Source: Pseudomonadota bacterium
Lineage (GTDB): Bacteria > Pseudomonadota > Gammaproteobacteria > Burkholderiales > SG8-39
Assembly (NCBI GenBank): GCA_021811085.1
Contig: JAJZPQ010000001.1
Span: forward strand, 1,946-65,945
Reading direction: 5' to 3'
Length of the DNA stretch: 64,000 nucleotides
A program made the translations under genes and the position numbers. This document shows, piece after piece, positions 17,917-28,886 of the stretch. Under the pieces are notes generated by a model. The model did no database searches and was not told the origin of the DNA. It worked only from the letters and a program-made list of their open reading frames with translations. Each line of letters starts with the position of its first letter. The first letter of the stretch is position 1.

Positions 17917-20214
17917 ATGGAAGACCAATTGCGCAAGGCCGCCCTCGACTATCACCGCCTGCCCAAGCCGGGCAAGATTTCGGTCACGCCGACCAAGGGA
18001 CTGATCAACCAGCGCGACCTCGGTCTGGCCTATACGCCGGGGGTGGCGATGGCGTGCGAGGAGATCGTGCGCGATCCGGCCGAGGCGCGCAACCTGACCG
18101 CGCGCGGCAACCTGGTGGGCGTCGTCACCAACGGCACCGCGGTGCTCGGGCTGGGTGCGATCGGCCCGCTCGCATCCAAACCGGTGATGGAAGGCAAGGC
18201 GGTGCTGTTCAAGAAATTTGCCGGCATCGACTGCTTCGACATCGAGGTGAACGAGCTCGATCCGGTGAAGCTGGTGGAAGTGATCGCGGCGTTGGAGCCG
18301 ACCTTCGGCGGCATCAACCTCGAGGACATCAAGGCGCCGGAGTGCTTTTACGTCGAAAAGATGCTGCGCGAGCGCATGAAAATTCCGGTGTTCCACGACG
18401 ACCAGCATGGCACTTCCATCATCGTCGGGGCGGCGATCCTGAACGGGCTGCGCGTGGTCGGCAAGGACATAGGCAAGGTGAAGCTGGTGGTTTCCGGTGC
18501 CGGCGCGGCGGCGCTCGCCTGCCTCGACCTGCTGGTGAGCCTGGGCATCAAGATGGAGAACATTTGGGTTTCCGACATCAAGGGCGTGGTCTACGCGGGG
18601 CGCAAGGAGGAGATGGACCCGAACAAGGCGCGCTATGCGAAGAAGACCGATGCGCGCACCCTCGGCGAAATCATCGGCGGCGCTGACGTGTTCCTCGGGC
18701 TGTCCGCGGGCAAGGTGCTCAAGCCCGAAATGGTGAAGCGGATGGCGGCGAAGCCGCTGATTCTCGCGCTCGCCAATCCGGAGCCGGAGATCCAGCCGGA
18801 TCTGGCCAAGGCGGCGCGTCCCGATGCGGTCATCGCCACCGGCCGCTCGGACTTTCCCAACCAGGTGAACAATGTCCTGTGCTTCCCGTTCATTTTCCGC
18901 GGCGCGCTCGACGTGGGCGCGACCACCATCAACGAGGCGATGAAGCTCGCCTGCGTGCACGCGATCGCCGACCTCGCCATGGCGGAGCAGTCCGACATCG
19001 TCGCCGCGGCCTATGGCGAACGCAACGTCGCTTTCGGGCCCGAATACCTTATTCCAAAGCCCTTCGATCCGCGTCTGATCATCAAGATCGCGCCGGCGGT
19101 GGCCAAGGCGGCGATGGATTCGGGCGTGGCCACGCGTCCGATCGCCGACCTCGATTTGTATGCGCAGCAGCTGGACGAGTTCGTGTATCACTCGGGCCTG
19201 CTGATGAAGCCGGTGTTCTCCGCGGCCAAGACGGCGCAGAAAAACCGTATCGTCATGGCCGAAGGCGAAGACGAACGCATCCTGCGCGCGACTCAGGTGA
19301 TCGTGGACGAGCGGCTGGCGCGGCCGATCCTGGTTGGCCGGCCGGCGGTGATCGAACGGCGCCTGGAGCGCTTCGGCCTGCGCATGAAGGCCGGCACGGA
19401 TTTCGACCTGGTCAATCCGGAGAACGACCCGCGCTATCGCGAATACTGGGAGGAATACCACCGGCTCACCGAGCGTCGCGGCGTGTCGCAACACTATGCG
19501 CAGATCGAGATGCGCCGGCGCCTCACGCTCATCGGCGCCATGATGATGCATCGCGGCGCGGTCGACGGCATGCTCTGCGGCACGTTCGGCACGCATGCGC
19601 TGCACCTGCAATACGTCGATCAGGTGATCGGTCTGCGCCCGGGTGTGAAGAACTATTACGCCATGAATGTGCTGCTGTTGCCCAAACGCACCGTGTTCAT
19701 CTGCGACACCTACGTCAATTTCGACCCGAGCGCGGAGCAGGTGGCCGAGATGGCGGTGCTGGCGGCGGAGGAAATACGCCGCTTCGGCATCACGCCCAAG
19801 GCGGCGCTGCTGTCGCATTCGAGCTTCGGCACCAGCAACCAGGTGACCGCAGTGAAAATGCGCGAGGCGCTGGCGCTGATCCAGGCACGAGCGCCCGAGC
19901 TCGAGATCGACGGCGAGATGCACGGCGATGCGGCGCTGTCCGAGGACGTGCGCCGCGCCGCGTTCCCGCATTCGCGCCTGAAGGGCGAGGCGAATCTGCT
20001 GCTCATGCCCACGGTGGACGCGGCCAACATCGCCTTCAATCTGCTCAAGACCGCGGCCGGCGACGGCATTTCGCTCGGACCGATCCTGCTCGGCTCGGCC
20101 AAACCGGTGCACATTCTCACCCCGTCGGCGACGGTGCGGCGTATCGTCAACATGGCGGCGCTGACGGTGGTGGACGCAAACGCAGCGCGCAGCCAGTTGC
20201 AGCTTTCGCTGTAG
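17917..20214 (+). CDS. maeB: NADP-dependent malic enzyme with a C-terminal phosphotransacetylase-like domain
   Basis: Start at [23 protein letters not shown] (in frame with ORF 16813..20214, whose upstream 368 codons run antisense to the aminotransferase). Motifs FHDDQHGT and GAGAAA are present, followed by a long PTA-like C-terminus. Confidence 0.93.
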   Translation: MEDQLRKAALDYHRLPKPGKISVTPTKGLINQRDLGLAYTPGVAMACEEIVRDPAEARNLTARGNLVGVVTNGTAVLGLGAIGPLASKPVMEGKAVLFKKFAGIDCFDIEVNELDPVKLVEVIAALEPTFGGINLEDIKAPECFYVEKMLRERMKIPVFHDDQHGTSIIVGAAILNGLRVVGKDIGKVKLVVSGAGAAALACLDLLVSLGIKMENIWVSDIKGVVYAGRKEEMDPNKARYAKKTDARTLGEIIGGADVFLGLSAGKVLKPEMVKRMAAKPLILALANPEPEIQPDLAKAARPDAVIATGRSDFPNQVNNVLCFPFIFRGALDVGATTINEAMKLACVHAIADLAMAEQSDIVAAAYGERNVAFGPEYLIPKPFDPRLIIKIAPAVAKAAMDSGVATRPIADLDLYAQQLDEFVYHSGLLMKPVFSAAKTAQKNRIVMAEGEDERILRATQVIVDERLARPILVGRPAVIERRLERFGLRMKAGTDFDLVNPENDPRYREYWEEYHRLTERRGVSQHYAQIEMRRRLTLIGAMMMHRGAVDGMLCGTFGTHALHLQYVDQVIGLRPGVKNYYAMNVLLLPKRTVFICDTYVNFDPSAEQVAEMAVLAAEEIRRFGITPKAALLSHSSFGTSNQVTAVKMREALALIQARAPELEIDGEMHGDAALSEDVRRAAFPHSRLKGEANLLLMPTVDAANIAFNLLKTAAGDGISLGPILLGSAKPVHILTPSATVRRIVNMAALTVVDANAARSQLQLSL

Positions 20215-20221
20215 CAGCCGG

Positions 20222-21361
20222 ATGCAAGGAGCCAGACCCAGGGCAGGTCTGATTCTCACCGGCGGCGGCGCGCGCGCCGCCTATCAGGTAGGCGTGCTCA
20301 AGGCGGTCCGCGATCTGCTGCCCGATCAGGCGAAGAACCCCTTTCCCATACTCTGCGGCACTTCGGCCGGCGCGATCAATGCCGCGGTGCTCGCGATCCA
20401 TGCCAATGATTTCCGCCGTGGCGTCGGCTACCTGCTCGAGGTGTGGGAAAACTTCCGCGTGGAACGCGTCTACCGCGCCGATCCCTGGGCCATGCTCATG
20501 ACCAGTGCGCGCTGGTTTGCCTCGATGCTGTGGATCAAGCGCAACAGTCCGGCGTCGCTGTTCGACAACACGCCGATACGCGAGATGCTGGAGCAGACGC
20601 TGGATTTCCGGCGCATCCAGGAAAATATCGACCAGGGCGCGCTGTATGCGGTGTCGGTCACGGCGTCGGGTTATTCTTCCGGCGAGAACGTTTCCTTCTA
20701 TCAGGGCGGACCGGGGCTGGAGGCCTGGGAGCGCACGCAGCGCGTGGGTGCCGCAACCACGCTCAATGTCGATTACCTGATGGCATCCTCGGCGCTGCCT
20801 TTCCTGTTTCCCGCAGTGAAGCTCAACCGCGAATACTTCGGCGACGGCTCGATCCGGCAGATCGCGCCGATCAGCCCGGCGCTGCACCTCGGAGCAGACC
20901 GGGTCCTCGTGATCGGCACCGGCCGCGCGCAGGTCGAGGCGGCGCGCGTGCGCTCCAGCGTCTATCCCTCGATCGCGCAGATCGCCGGCCACGCGCTGAA
21001 CAGCATTTTCCTCGACGGCCTCGCGGTGGATTTGGAGCGCCTGCAGCGCATCAACCATACCGTGAGCCTGATTCCGGAGGAAAAGCGGCTCGAGGCCGGG
21101 GTGCGGCTCAAGCCGGTCAAGGTGCTGGTTATTTCGCCCAGCGAACCGATCGAGCGCCTCGCCGGCCGGCATGTGCAGGAGCTGCCGTGGGCGCTGAAAT
21201 TCGTGCTCGGCGGCATCGGCGCCATGAACCGCAGCGGTTCGAACCTGGCGAGCTACCTGCTGTTCGAAGAGGCTTATTGCCGCGCGCTCATCGATTTGGG
21301 CTATAAAGACACGTTCGCGCAGCGCGATGCGGTGCTGGAGTTCCTCGGCGTAGCGCAGTGA
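20222..21361 (+). CDS. Patatin-like phospholipase
   Basis: 379 aa with the oxyanion motif [12 protein letters not shown], nucleophile GTSAGA and the Asp of the dyad in FGDGSIRQ. Confidence 0.9.
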   Translation: MQGARPRAGLILTGGGARAAYQVGVLKAVRDLLPDQAKNPFPILCGTSAGAINAAVLAIHANDFRRGVGYLLEVWENFRVERVYRADPWAMLMTSARWFASMLWIKRNSPASLFDNTPIREMLEQTLDFRRIQENIDQGALYAVSVTASGYSSGENVSFYQGGPGLEAWERTQRVGAATTLNVDYLMASSALPFLFPAVKLNREYFGDGSIRQIAPISPALHLGADRVLVIGTGRAQVEAARVRSSVYPSIAQIAGHALNSIFLDGLAVDLERLQRINHTVSLIPEEKRLEAGVRLKPVKVLVISPSEPIERLAGRHVQELPWALKFVLGGIGAMNRSGSNLASYLLFEEAYCRALIDLGYKDTFAQRDAVLEFLGVAQ

Positions 21362-21407
21362 TTTTGGATTAGACTTGTAAGCTCTCATCGCACATCGAGG
21401 TGTCGCC

Positions 21408-21800
21408 ATGTCCGAGCCGCTGCCCGATCCCTTCGAGTTCATGAAAAAACTGTGGAACCCCATGGGCTTGCCCATGCCCGGCATGGTGGCGCCCACGCTC
21501 GACCTAGACGCCGTGGAAAAAAAGATCGCCGATTTGAAATCGGTGGAGAACTGGCTCAATCTGAATCTCAACATGCTGCGCCTGTCGATCCAGGGCTTGG
21601 AGATGCAGCGCAGCACGCTCGCGGCGATGAAGGCGATGCAGCCCGCGCCGGCAGGCGCGGACGCGGATCCGGCCAAGAATCCCTTCCCCGATCCGACCGC
21701 CTGGTGGAACCTGATGCAGGCGGCGGCCGCGAGCGCGGCGGCGCCGCCCGCGGCGGCGAAAGCGGCCGAGCCCGCGCAGGCCAAAGGCAAGCCAAAATAA
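21408..21800 (+). CDS. phaM: PhaM-like PHA-granule / nucleoid-associated protein
   Basis: 130 aa. FEFMKKLWNPMGLPMPGMVAPTLDLDAVEKKIADLKSVENWLNLNLNMLR matches my recollection of Ralstonia PhaM, and the protein ends in an Ala/Pro/Lys-rich tail. Confidence 0.65.
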   Translation: MSEPLPDPFEFMKKLWNPMGLPMPGMVAPTLDLDAVEKKIADLKSVENWLNLNLNMLRLSIQGLEMQRSTLAAMKAMQPAPAGADADPAKNPFPDPTAWWNLMQAAAASAAAPPAAAKAAEPAQAKGKPK

Positions 21801-21964
21801 GAATCGGCCAAGAATCAGCGTAACCTGCGGCGCGGCAAGCCCGGCGCCGCTAGCAGCCGATGTTTTGTTGTAACATGTCGCTCCGTTCGGGTTCGTTCGC
21901 CGTGGGCTAGGCGCGACCCGACCCCGATATTCCGCGGTTCAATCTTTCTTGTTGGGAACACATC

Positions 21965-22939
21965 ATGACAAAAGCGATCCGGATTCATAAGCAAGGCGGC
22001 CCCGAAGTCATGCAGTGGGAAGAGGTCGTGGTGGGCGAGCCGGGACCGGGCCAGGCGCGCGTACGCCACAACGCCTGCGGCCTGAACTACATCGACGTCT
22101 ATCACCGCTCCGGCCTGTATCCGCTGCAGATGCCCAGCGGCATCGGCTTGGAAGCCGCGGGGGTGGTCGAGGCAGTCGGGCCCGGAGTGAGCAACGTCAA
22201 GAAGGGCGATCGTGTCGCCTACGCCGCTCCGCCGGTCGGCGCCTATGCGGAAGTGCGCCTGATGACTGCCGACCGCCTGGTGAATCTGCCTGATGCGATC
22301 TCCTTCGACCATGGCGCGGCGATGATGCTGCAGGGCATGACGGCGCAATATCTGCTCAAGCGCACCTACAAAGTCCAGCCGGGCGACACCATCCTGATCC
22401 ACGCGGCCGCGGGCGGCGTGGGCATGATTGTGTGCCAGTGGGCAAAGGCGCTCGGCGCGACGGTGATCGGCACCGTCGGCTCGGACGAGAAGGCGGCGCT
22501 GGTGCAGGCGCACGGCTGCGACCATGCGATCGTGTATACGCGCGAGAATTTCACCGAGCGGGTGAAGGCGATCACCGGCGGCGCGCTGCTGCCGGTGGTG
22601 TATGACTCCATCGGCAAGGATACCTTCGTCGGCTCTCTGGACTGCCTGCGTCCGATGGGCATGATGGTGAGTTTCGGCAATGCTTCCGGACCGACGCCGT
22701 CGTTCGATTCGAGCATGCTCGCCTCGCGCGGTTCGCTGTTTTTCACGCGGCCGAGCTTGATGCATTACACGGCCAAGCGTGAAGATCTGGTGGCCTCGGC
22801 CAAGGACCTGTTCGATATCGTGCTGTTGGGCAAGGTCAAGATCGAGGTGCGCCAGCGCTATGCGCTCAAGGACGCGGTGCAGGCGCACCGCGATCTGGAA
22901 GCGCGCAAGACCACCGGCTCGACGCTGCTGATCCCTTAG
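21965..22939 (+). CDS. qor: NADPH:quinone oxidoreductase (zeta-crystallin/MDR family)
   Basis: 324 aa. The N-terminus reads IRIHKQGGPEVMQWEEV..., the sequence includes NYIDVY.RSGLYP, and the nucleotide-binding motif is AAAGGVG. Confidence 0.88.
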   Translation: MTKAIRIHKQGGPEVMQWEEVVVGEPGPGQARVRHNACGLNYIDVYHRSGLYPLQMPSGIGLEAAGVVEAVGPGVSNVKKGDRVAYAAPPVGAYAEVRLMTADRLVNLPDAISFDHGAAMMLQGMTAQYLLKRTYKVQPGDTILIHAAAGGVGMIVCQWAKALGATVIGTVGSDEKAALVQAHGCDHAIVYTRENFTERVKAITGGALLPVVYDSIGKDTFVGSLDCLRPMGMMVSFGNASGPTPSFDSSMLASRGSLFFTRPSLMHYTAKREDLVASAKDLFDIVLLGKVKIEVRQRYALKDAVQAHRDLEARKTTGSTLLIP

Positions 22940-23001
22940 ATCCGGCACGTTCCGGCGCCGTGGCGACCTGACCCATGCGGGTATAGGGCTACAATTCGGC
23001 C

Positions 23002-23631
23002 ATGGCATTTGACAGCAGCGACGTCGAGGACAGGAACAGCCGCGCCAGCGAGTCCTGGCTGCGCCAGCGCATTGCCGGCGCGGCGGCCGTGACGCCGATC
23101 ACGACCGGGGATGGCCATTTGTGGCGCCCGGCCGAGGAACTGCGGCCGGCGGCAGTGTTGGTGCCGCTGGTGCGGCGCGACGCCGGACTCACCGTCTTGC
23201 TGACGCAGCGCACCGACCATTTGTACGACCACGCCGGCCAGATCAGCTTTCCCGGCGGCCGCGCCGAGGCGCACGACGATTCCGCCGCCGCCACGGCTCT
23301 GCGCGAGACGTTCGAGGAAATCGGACTGCCGCACGCGCTGGTCGAGGTGCTGGGCGAGCTCCCCGAATACACCACGGTCACCGGTTACCGCGTCACCCCG
23401 GTGGTCGGCCTGGTGAGCTCGCCGCCTGCACTCAGACTGGACGCATTCGAAGTCGCGGAGGCGTTCGAGGTGCCCCTGGCATTTTTCCTCGATCCCGGAA
23501 ACCATCAGCGCAACACGCTGCAGTACCAGGGGCGCACCCGGCATTACTACGCCATGCCCTATGAACAACGCTATATCTGGGGTGCGACCGCCGGCATGCT
23601 GATGAATCTTTACGCCTTGCTGACGGCGTAA
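23002..23631 (+). CDS. NUDIX hydrolase, CoA pyrophosphatase type
   Basis: 209 aa. The Nudix box is GGRAEAHDDSAAATALRETFEEIGL, preceded by LLTQRTDHLYDHAGQISFPGG (the NuCoA-type upstream motif). Confidence 0.85.
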   Translation: MAFDSSDVEDRNSRASESWLRQRIAGAAAVTPITTGDGHLWRPAEELRPAAVLVPLVRRDAGLTVLLTQRTDHLYDHAGQISFPGGRAEAHDDSAAATALRETFEEIGLPHALVEVLGELPEYTTVTGYRVTPVVGLVSSPPALRLDAFEVAEAFEVPLAFFLDPGNHQRNTLQYQGRTRHYYAMPYEQRYIWGATAGMLMNLYALLTA

Positions 23632-23635
23632 AGAT

Positions 23636-24433
23636 CTATTTTGGTTTCGCCTTCTTCTTCGCCTTCGCCGGTGCGCGCGCACGCGCCAGCGCACGCTGGT
23701 ACAGCCTGGCGAAATTTTCCAGAGAATGGATGTGGGCGTAAACCTTGCCCATCCATCCCTCGTCCACCAGTGCCTTGAGCCTGCCCGGCTGCAAGGCCTT
23801 GAGCTTTTGCTCGTCGATGCGATGCATGCCCTGCAATTTAAGGCCCGGCGCCTCGTTCTGCGTGACCTGAAAGCTGAAAGGGGCGAACAGGTCCAGCTGC
23901 GCGAACAGCGCGCACATTCTGGCCGTCACCCCCAGGTCGATCTCGTATTCCTGCAGCAGACGCTGCGCAGCCTGCCACTGCGGCGTCGCGGCGCCGCCTG
24001 CGTCGAACAGCTTGGCACCGCGCCGGTCCAGATGGCTGCTGGCGACGCATACCACCTTCTCGCTGCGCTGCTCGTCCTCAACGCGCAGCGTCGCGATGCA
24101 AAACGGATGGCGCCGCACGAAAGCCGGGACGTAGGTCGCGGGGTCCCAGGCGCCGGCCGCATCGACGAACAGATTCTGCGCGTCGGCCAGCCCCAGCACG
24201 ACAACGGGCGCATAAGAACCGCCCGCGGCGGCGCTCGCGAACACGATAGGGTAGTCGCGCGCCGCAGTGCTGAATTCGCTGACCGAGAGCGGGAGCGCGT
24301 TCACCGAACGGCAGAACTCCGGCACGGCCCCGGCGGCGGGCAGGCGCACCCGGTGCGTTTTCCGCAGCGGCTCGACCTCGCCGTAGCCGAAGGGCGGCGT
24401 GAACTTCGGCGCAGCTTGTTTTCTGACAGGCAT
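23636..24433 (-). CDS. SapC-family protein with a short Lys/Ala-rich C-terminal tail
   Basis: Start at MPVRKQAAPKF (in frame with ORF 23636..25639, whose upstream part runs antisense to the next gene). The core is EFSTAARDYPIVF...VVLGLADAQNLFVD..G.W...YVPAFVRRHPF. The tail is RARAPAKAKKKAKPK. Confidence 0.7.
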   Translation of the reverse strand: MPVRKQAAPKFTPPFGYGEVEPLRKTHRVRLPAAGAVPEFCRSVNALPLSVSEFSTAARDYPIVFASAAAGGSYAPVVVLGLADAQNLFVDAAGAWDPATYVPAFVRRHPFCIATLRVEDEQRSEKVVCVASSHLDRRGAKLFDAGGAATPQWQAAQRLLQEYEIDLGVTARMCALFAQLDLFAPFSFQVTQNEAPGLKLQGMHRIDEQKLKALQPGRLKALVDEGWMGKVYAHIHSLENFARLYQRALARARAPAKAKKKAKPK

Positions 24434-24517
24434 GATTTTCCTTGCGCCGCGTTCGCAGCGGCGGAGTGCGTATAATATCGCGATGGCCCGCCTTCGCCCG
24501 AGATTCCCTCTGCGCCA

Positions 24518-25441
24518 ATGAGCCTCGTCTCCCTGATCATCGCCCTGCTGCTCGAGCAGTGGCGGCCGCTCGCCGATCGCAAATACCTGGTGTCCCGGGC
24601 CGTGCGCTTCGCCGATTTCCTGCAGCAGCATTTCAATGCGGGCGAGCGCGCGCACGGCATCATCGCCTGGGTGCTGGGTGTGGTGCCGGCGATGCTGCTC
24701 GCGCTCCTCGCCTATTACCTGCTGTTCCGCCTGTCGCCGCTGCTGGCGCTGGGCTTCAACGTGCTGATCCTTTACGTGACCATGGGGTTCCGCCAAGTCG
24801 GGCATTATTTTACCGACATACATTGGGCGCTTAAGAGCGGCGACCTCGAGCGCGCGCGCGCAATCCTGGGCCAGTGGCGCGGCGAGAGTTGCGAGCGGCT
24901 GACCGCGGAGGAGGTGGCCCGCCTCACCATCGAGGAGGCCCTGGTGGCCTCGTACCAGCACGTGTTTGCGGTGGTGTTCTGGTTCGTGGTTCTGCCCGGG
25001 CCGATCGGCGCGATACTCTACCGGATGTCGGCGTTCCTGCATCGGCGTTGGGCCGAGAGCGGGGACAACGAACTCGCGGCTTTCGGCGACTTCGCCGGCC
25101 AGGTGTTCCGCTTGCTCGACTGGGTGCCGGCGCGGCTGACCGGAATCGCGTTTGCCGTTGTCGGCGACTTCGAAGATGCCGCCTATTGCTGGCGCGCGCA
25201 GGCAGCGAAATGGCCCGACCCTTCCCTGGGCGTGGTGCTTGCAAGCGGTGCCGGTGCCATGGGTGTGCGCCTGGGCATGCCTTTTCTTTCGGAGCTGAGT
25301 CCGGTCGACCGGCCGGAACTGGGACTGGGCGACGAAGCCGACGTCGGTTTCCTCGACAGCACCGTCGGTTTGGTGTGGCGCGCGCTGGTCGTCATTCTGT
25401 TCATATTGCTGCTGCTGGCGATCGCGCGGGCGCTGAACTAG
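24518..25441 (+). CDS. CobD/CbiB-AmpE family inner-membrane protein
   Basis: 307 aa with several TM segments. LLDWVPARLTGIAFAVVGDFEDAAYCW resembles E. coli AmpE VLDWVPVRLAG..YALIG. Confidence 0.65.
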   Translation: MSLVSLIIALLLEQWRPLADRKYLVSRAVRFADFLQQHFNAGERAHGIIAWVLGVVPAMLLALLAYYLLFRLSPLLALGFNVLILYVTMGFRQVGHYFTDIHWALKSGDLERARAILGQWRGESCERLTAEEVARLTIEEALVASYQHVFAVVFWFVVLPGPIGAILYRMSAFLHRRWAESGDNELAAFGDFAGQVFRLLDWVPARLTGIAFAVVGDFEDAAYCWRAQAAKWPDPSLGVVLASGAGAMGVRLGMPFLSELSPVDRPELGLGDEADVGFLDSTVGLVWRALVVILFILLLLAIARALN

Positions 25442-25443
25442 CG

Positions 25444-25773
25444 CTAGCCCGGGACCGCGCCGTCGTCCGAGCGCGGCGTGCCGCAATGCCAGCAGGCGCT
25501 GAATTGCCCTTCGAGCGCTTCGCCGCAGTTCGGACACTTCCACGGCGGTGCGATCACGGCGGCGCGGCCGAAATCGACCACGACGCGCCTGGCGCGCTCG
25601 AAGTCGCGCTCGTCCAGCAGCCATAATTCGGGGGCGCACTCGGTGAACGGGATCTCGCCGGCGAGCCGGCTGAGCAGCTCGTTCCTGATCTGGCAGCGGA
25701 TGCCTTCGGCCTCCAGCAGGTTTTTCAGGTGATGGACTTCGAGCAGCTTGAGCGAGCTGTACAGCAGCCGCAT
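25444..25773 (-). CDS. DUF2007-like small protein with a C-terminal zinc ribbon
   Basis: 109 aa, from an internal Met of ORF 25444..26682. The N-terminal part reads LLEVHHLKNLLEAEGI.C.IRNE and the C-terminal part reads CPNCGE..(8)..CWHCG. It begins 2 nt after the rsgA stop. Confidence 0.6.
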   Translation of the reverse strand: MRLLYSSLKLLEVHHLKNLLEAEGIRCQIRNELLSRLAGEIPFTECAPELWLLDERDFERARRVVVDFGRAAVIAPPWKCPNCGEALEGQFSACWHCGTPRSDDGAVPG

Positions 25774-25775
25774 GG

Positions 25776-26648
25776 CTATTTCCGCCCGAACTCGGCGCGG
25801 CTGATGCGGCGGAACATGTCCAGGCGGCGCGGGTGTATCGCCCCTTGTGCTGCGGCCTGCGTCAGGGCGCAGCCCGGCTCGCTCTGATGACGGCAGTTTT
25901 GAAAGCGGCACTGCCCCAGAAAATTGCGGAATTCGATGAACCCTGACTCGATGTCCTGCAGCGACAAGTGATGCAGGCCGAATTCCTGCAGGCCGGGGCA
26001 GTCGATGAGTGTGCTGTCGGCATCGAGCCGGTACAGCCGCGCCTGGGTCGTGGTGTGGCGGCCCGAGGCGAGAAACGCGGAGATTTCCCGGGTGGCGACG
26101 TGCGCGTGAGGAAACAGCGCATTGATGATGGTAGACTTGCCCATGCCCGACTGTCCCACCAGCACCGTCGCCTCGCCTGCGAGCAGCGGGCGCAGCGCCT
26201 CGGCTCCCGCCAGCGCCGACAGCCGGATCACGCGATAGCCGGCCTGGATGTAGGGTGCGAGCCGCTCCAGCGCCGCCGCGGCAGCCTGTTTGAGGTCGCA
26301 CTTGTTGAGCAGGATCAGCGAGCGCATGTTCTGCTGCTCGGCGGCCACCAGGCAGCGGTTGATCAATTCCTCGCTGAAACTGGGTTCGGCCGCGACTACG
26401 ACAGCGAGCTGCGAGACGTTGGCGGCGATCAGCTTTTGCCGGTGCGCGGCGGCGCGTGCGAACAGCGTGGAGCGTGCATCCACCGCCTCGATCACGCCCT
26501 GTTCGTCGGCGGTGCGCGCGAACGCCACGCGATCGCCGCAGGCGACCGTGCTCTGCTTGCCGCGCGGAAAGCAGGCGTAGTGGCTGCCGTCTCCGGTTTC
26601 GACGAGGTAGTGGCGGCCGTAAGCGGCGATCACTTGGCCAGCGAGCAT
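25776..26648 (-). CDS. rsgA: Ribosome small-subunit-dependent GTPase A
   Basis: 290 aa from MLAGQVIAAYGRHYLVE (OB fold). Circularly permuted GTPase motifs are LLNKCDL and GQSGMGKSTIINAL. The Zn knuckle is CRFQNCRHQSEPGC. Confidence 0.92.
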   Translation of the reverse strand: MLAGQVIAAYGRHYLVETGDGSHYACFPRGKQSTVACGDRVAFARTADEQGVIEAVDARSTLFARAAAHRQKLIAANVSQLAVVVAAEPSFSEELINRCLVAAEQQNMRSLILLNKCDLKQAAAAALERLAPYIQAGYRVIRLSALAGAEALRPLLAGEATVLVGQSGMGKSTIINALFPHAHVATREISAFLASGRHTTTQARLYRLDADSTLIDCPGLQEFGLHHLSLQDIESGFIEFRNFLGQCRFQNCRHQSEPGCALTQAAAQGAIHPRRLDMFRRISRAEFGRK

Positions 26649-26983
26649 CAGATCCGGCAAAGCGCCTCGATCCTGGCGGCACAGAGAAAATCGTTTTCGG
26701 ATAGGCCGCCTATGGAGTGGGTGCAGTAGGCGACACGGCATCGGTCGTAGCCCACCAGCATTTCGGGATGATGGTCCTCGTGCTGCGCGATTGCCGCGAC
26801 GCTGTTCACGAACGCGATGGTGGCGGCGTAACTGCCGCACGCGAACGTCTTGCTGATTGCGCCGTCCCGATACGCCCAGCCGGGGAGCTGCGCCAGGCGG
26901 GCGCCGATTTGCGCCTGCGTCAGCGGCGGGGTGCCCGCCGGCAGGGGACGGCAGCTGCGCTGGCCGAGCCGGATCGTGCTCAT
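26648..26983 (-). CDS. phhB: Pterin-4a-carbinolamine dehydratase
   Basis: 111 aa containing FVNSVAAIAQHEDHHPEMLVGYDRCRV. Start and stop overlaps couple it to both neighbouring genes. Confidence 0.88.
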   Translation of the reverse strand: MSTIRLGQRSCRPLPAGTPPLTQAQIGARLAQLPGWAYRDGAISKTFACGSYAATIAFVNSVAAIAQHEDHHPEMLVGYDRCRVAYCTHSIGGLSENDFLCAARIEALCRI

Positions 26984-28248
26984 GCCGCTTGCGCCTGCGC
27001 CTGCGCCGCGGCGCCCTGCAGCCGGGCGATGCGCGCGAGCGCAGGCGGATGCGAGTCGTAGAAGGCCGAGTACAGCGGATCCGGGGTGAGCGTGGCGGCA
27101 TTGTCCTGGTACAGCTTCACCAGCGCGTGGATCAGGTCAGCGGGGATCGCATGGCGCGCGGCGTAGGCGTCGGCTTCGAATTCGTGCTTGCGCGAATACA
27201 GGCTGGTGAGCGGATGCAGCAGAAACGTGAACACCGGCACTACCAGGAAGAACAGCAGCAGCGCGAGCGCGGTGGTATGCGCTTGTACGTTGAGTCCGGC
27301 GTAGAACCAGTCCTGCTTCATCGCGTAGCCGAGTATCCACAGAAACACCAGGCTCAGCGCAAACAAGGTGGCCATGCGCTTCCACACATGATGGTATTTG
27401 AAATGCCCCAGCTCGTGCGCGAGCACCGCCTCGATCTCCGCCGGCGCCAGCCGCGCGATCAGGGTATCGAACAGCACGATGCGCTTGGCCGCGCCGAATC
27501 CGGTGAAATAGGCATTGCCGTGGCTGGAGCGGCGCGAGCTGTCCATCACGTACAGGCCCTGCGCGCGGAAGCCGCACTTCGCCAGCAGCGCCTCGATGCG
27601 GCTCTTCAGGGCCTCGTCCTGCAGCGGCGTGAACTTGTTGAACAGCGGCGCGATCAGCGTAGGGTAGACGGTGAGCACCAGCAGATTGAACGCCATCCAG
27701 GTGAGCCACACATAAAGCCACCATTGTTCGCCCATGCGCTGCATCAGCCAGAGCACGCAGAATATCAGCGGCAGACCCAGCGCCGCGCCGATCAAGGTCT
27801 GCTTGGCCAGGTCGGCGAAGAACAGGCGCAGCGTCATCTTGTTGAAGCCGAAGCGCGCTTCGATGACGAAAGTGCGGTACAGCGACAGCGGCAGATCGAC
27901 CAGCCCCGAGATCAGCGCGACGCTGACGATGACGGCGATGCCGTGCGCATAACTGCCGGCGGCGAAGGCGCGCAGCCATAGCTCGTGCAGCGCCTGCAGC
28001 GCGCCGCCCAGCGTAAGCGCGAGCAGGAACAATGCGCCGATCCCGAGGTCGATCATGCCCAGGCGCGTCTTGTCGGTGCTGTAGTCGGCCGCTTTCTGGT
28101 GCGCGGCGAGGCCGATGTGCTCGGAGAAGTCCGCCGGTACCCGGTCGCGGCAGCGTGCGATGTGCTGGATATGGCGCCGCGCGAGCCACAAACGCAGCCC
28201 CAGCGTGAGCGCGAGTGCGGCGAGAAAGACGGCGGTGAAAGTCTGCAT
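26980..28248 (-). CDS. M48-family (Ste24/HtpX-like) zinc metallopeptidase, membrane-bound
   Basis: Contains HELGHFKYHH (HExxH) and multiple TM segments. The start is taken at MQTFTAVFLAAL (Met12 of ORF 26980..28281); 28281 is an alternative start. Confidence 0.88.
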   Translation of the reverse strand: MQTFTAVFLAALALTLGLRLWLARRHIQHIARCRDRVPADFSEHIGLAAHQKAADYSTDKTRLGMIDLGIGALFLLALTLGGALQALHELWLRAFAAGSYAHGIAVIVSVALISGLVDLPLSLYRTFVIEARFGFNKMTLRLFFADLAKQTLIGAALGLPLIFCVLWLMQRMGEQWWLYVWLTWMAFNLLVLTVYPTLIAPLFNKFTPLQDEALKSRIEALLAKCGFRAQGLYVMDSSRRSSHGNAYFTGFGAAKRIVLFDTLIARLAPAEIEAVLAHELGHFKYHHVWKRMATLFALSLVFLWILGYAMKQDWFYAGLNVQAHTTALALLLFFLVVPVFTFLLHPLTSLYSRKHEFEADAYAARHAIPADLIHALVKLYQDNAATLTPDPLYSAFYDSHPPALARIARLQGAAAQAQAQAA

Positions 28249-28308
28249 CTGGCTGAAATATGACACAATAAAGCCCTTCAATCAATCAACACTGGAAACG
28301 CCGGGATC

Positions 28309-28854
28309 ATGCCTCAAGATCAGAATAATCTCGCCTGGTTAGACCTGGAAATGACCGGGCTTGATCCCGACCGGGACAGAATTATCGAAATCGCGATCGT
28401 GATCACGGACTCGCAACTGAACGTCGTGGCCGAGTCGCCGGCGCTGGCCGTGCATCAGGCCGACAGCGTGCTCGATGCGATGGACGACTGGAACAAGTCG
28501 ACGCACGCGCGTTCCGGACTCATCGCCAAGGTCAAGGCCTCGACGCTGGCGGAAGCGGAAGCCGAACAGCGCTATCTGGATTTCCTGGTGCAATACCTGC
28601 CGGCCAAAGCCTCGCCGATCTGCGGCAATTCCATCTGCCAGGACCGCAGGTTTCTCGCGCGCCATATGCCGCGGCTGGAGGCCTATTTCCATTACCGCAA
28701 CCTCGACGTCAGCACGCTGAAGGAACTGGTGAAGCGCTGGAAGCCGGAGCTGGCCAAGGGCCTCACCAAGCACGGCAAGCACGAGGCGCTTGCGGACATC
28801 TACGAGTCGATCGAGGAACTCAAGTACTACCGCGAGCACTTTCTGAAGGTCTGA
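28309..28854 (+). CDS. orn: Oligoribonuclease
   Basis: 181 aa with DEDDh motifs [22 protein letters not shown] and HEALADI. The divergent arrangement with rsgA matches enterobacteria. Confidence 0.95.
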   Translation: MPQDQNNLAWLDLEMTGLDPDRDRIIEIAIVITDSQLNVVAESPALAVHQADSVLDAMDDWNKSTHARSGLIAKVKASTLAEAEAEQRYLDFLVQYLPAKASPICGNSICQDRRFLARHMPRLEAYFHYRNLDVSTLKELVKRWKPELAKGLTKHGKHEALADIYESIEELKYYREHFLKV

Positions 28855-28886
28855 AGAAACAATTAGTTCGAGCTGATCTTATATCT

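Noticed and set aside
17899-20259. 786-aa ORF on the - strand
   Set aside because: It is antisense to maeB, whose translation is unmistakable. The composition is an Arg/His/Gln-rich shadow ORF.
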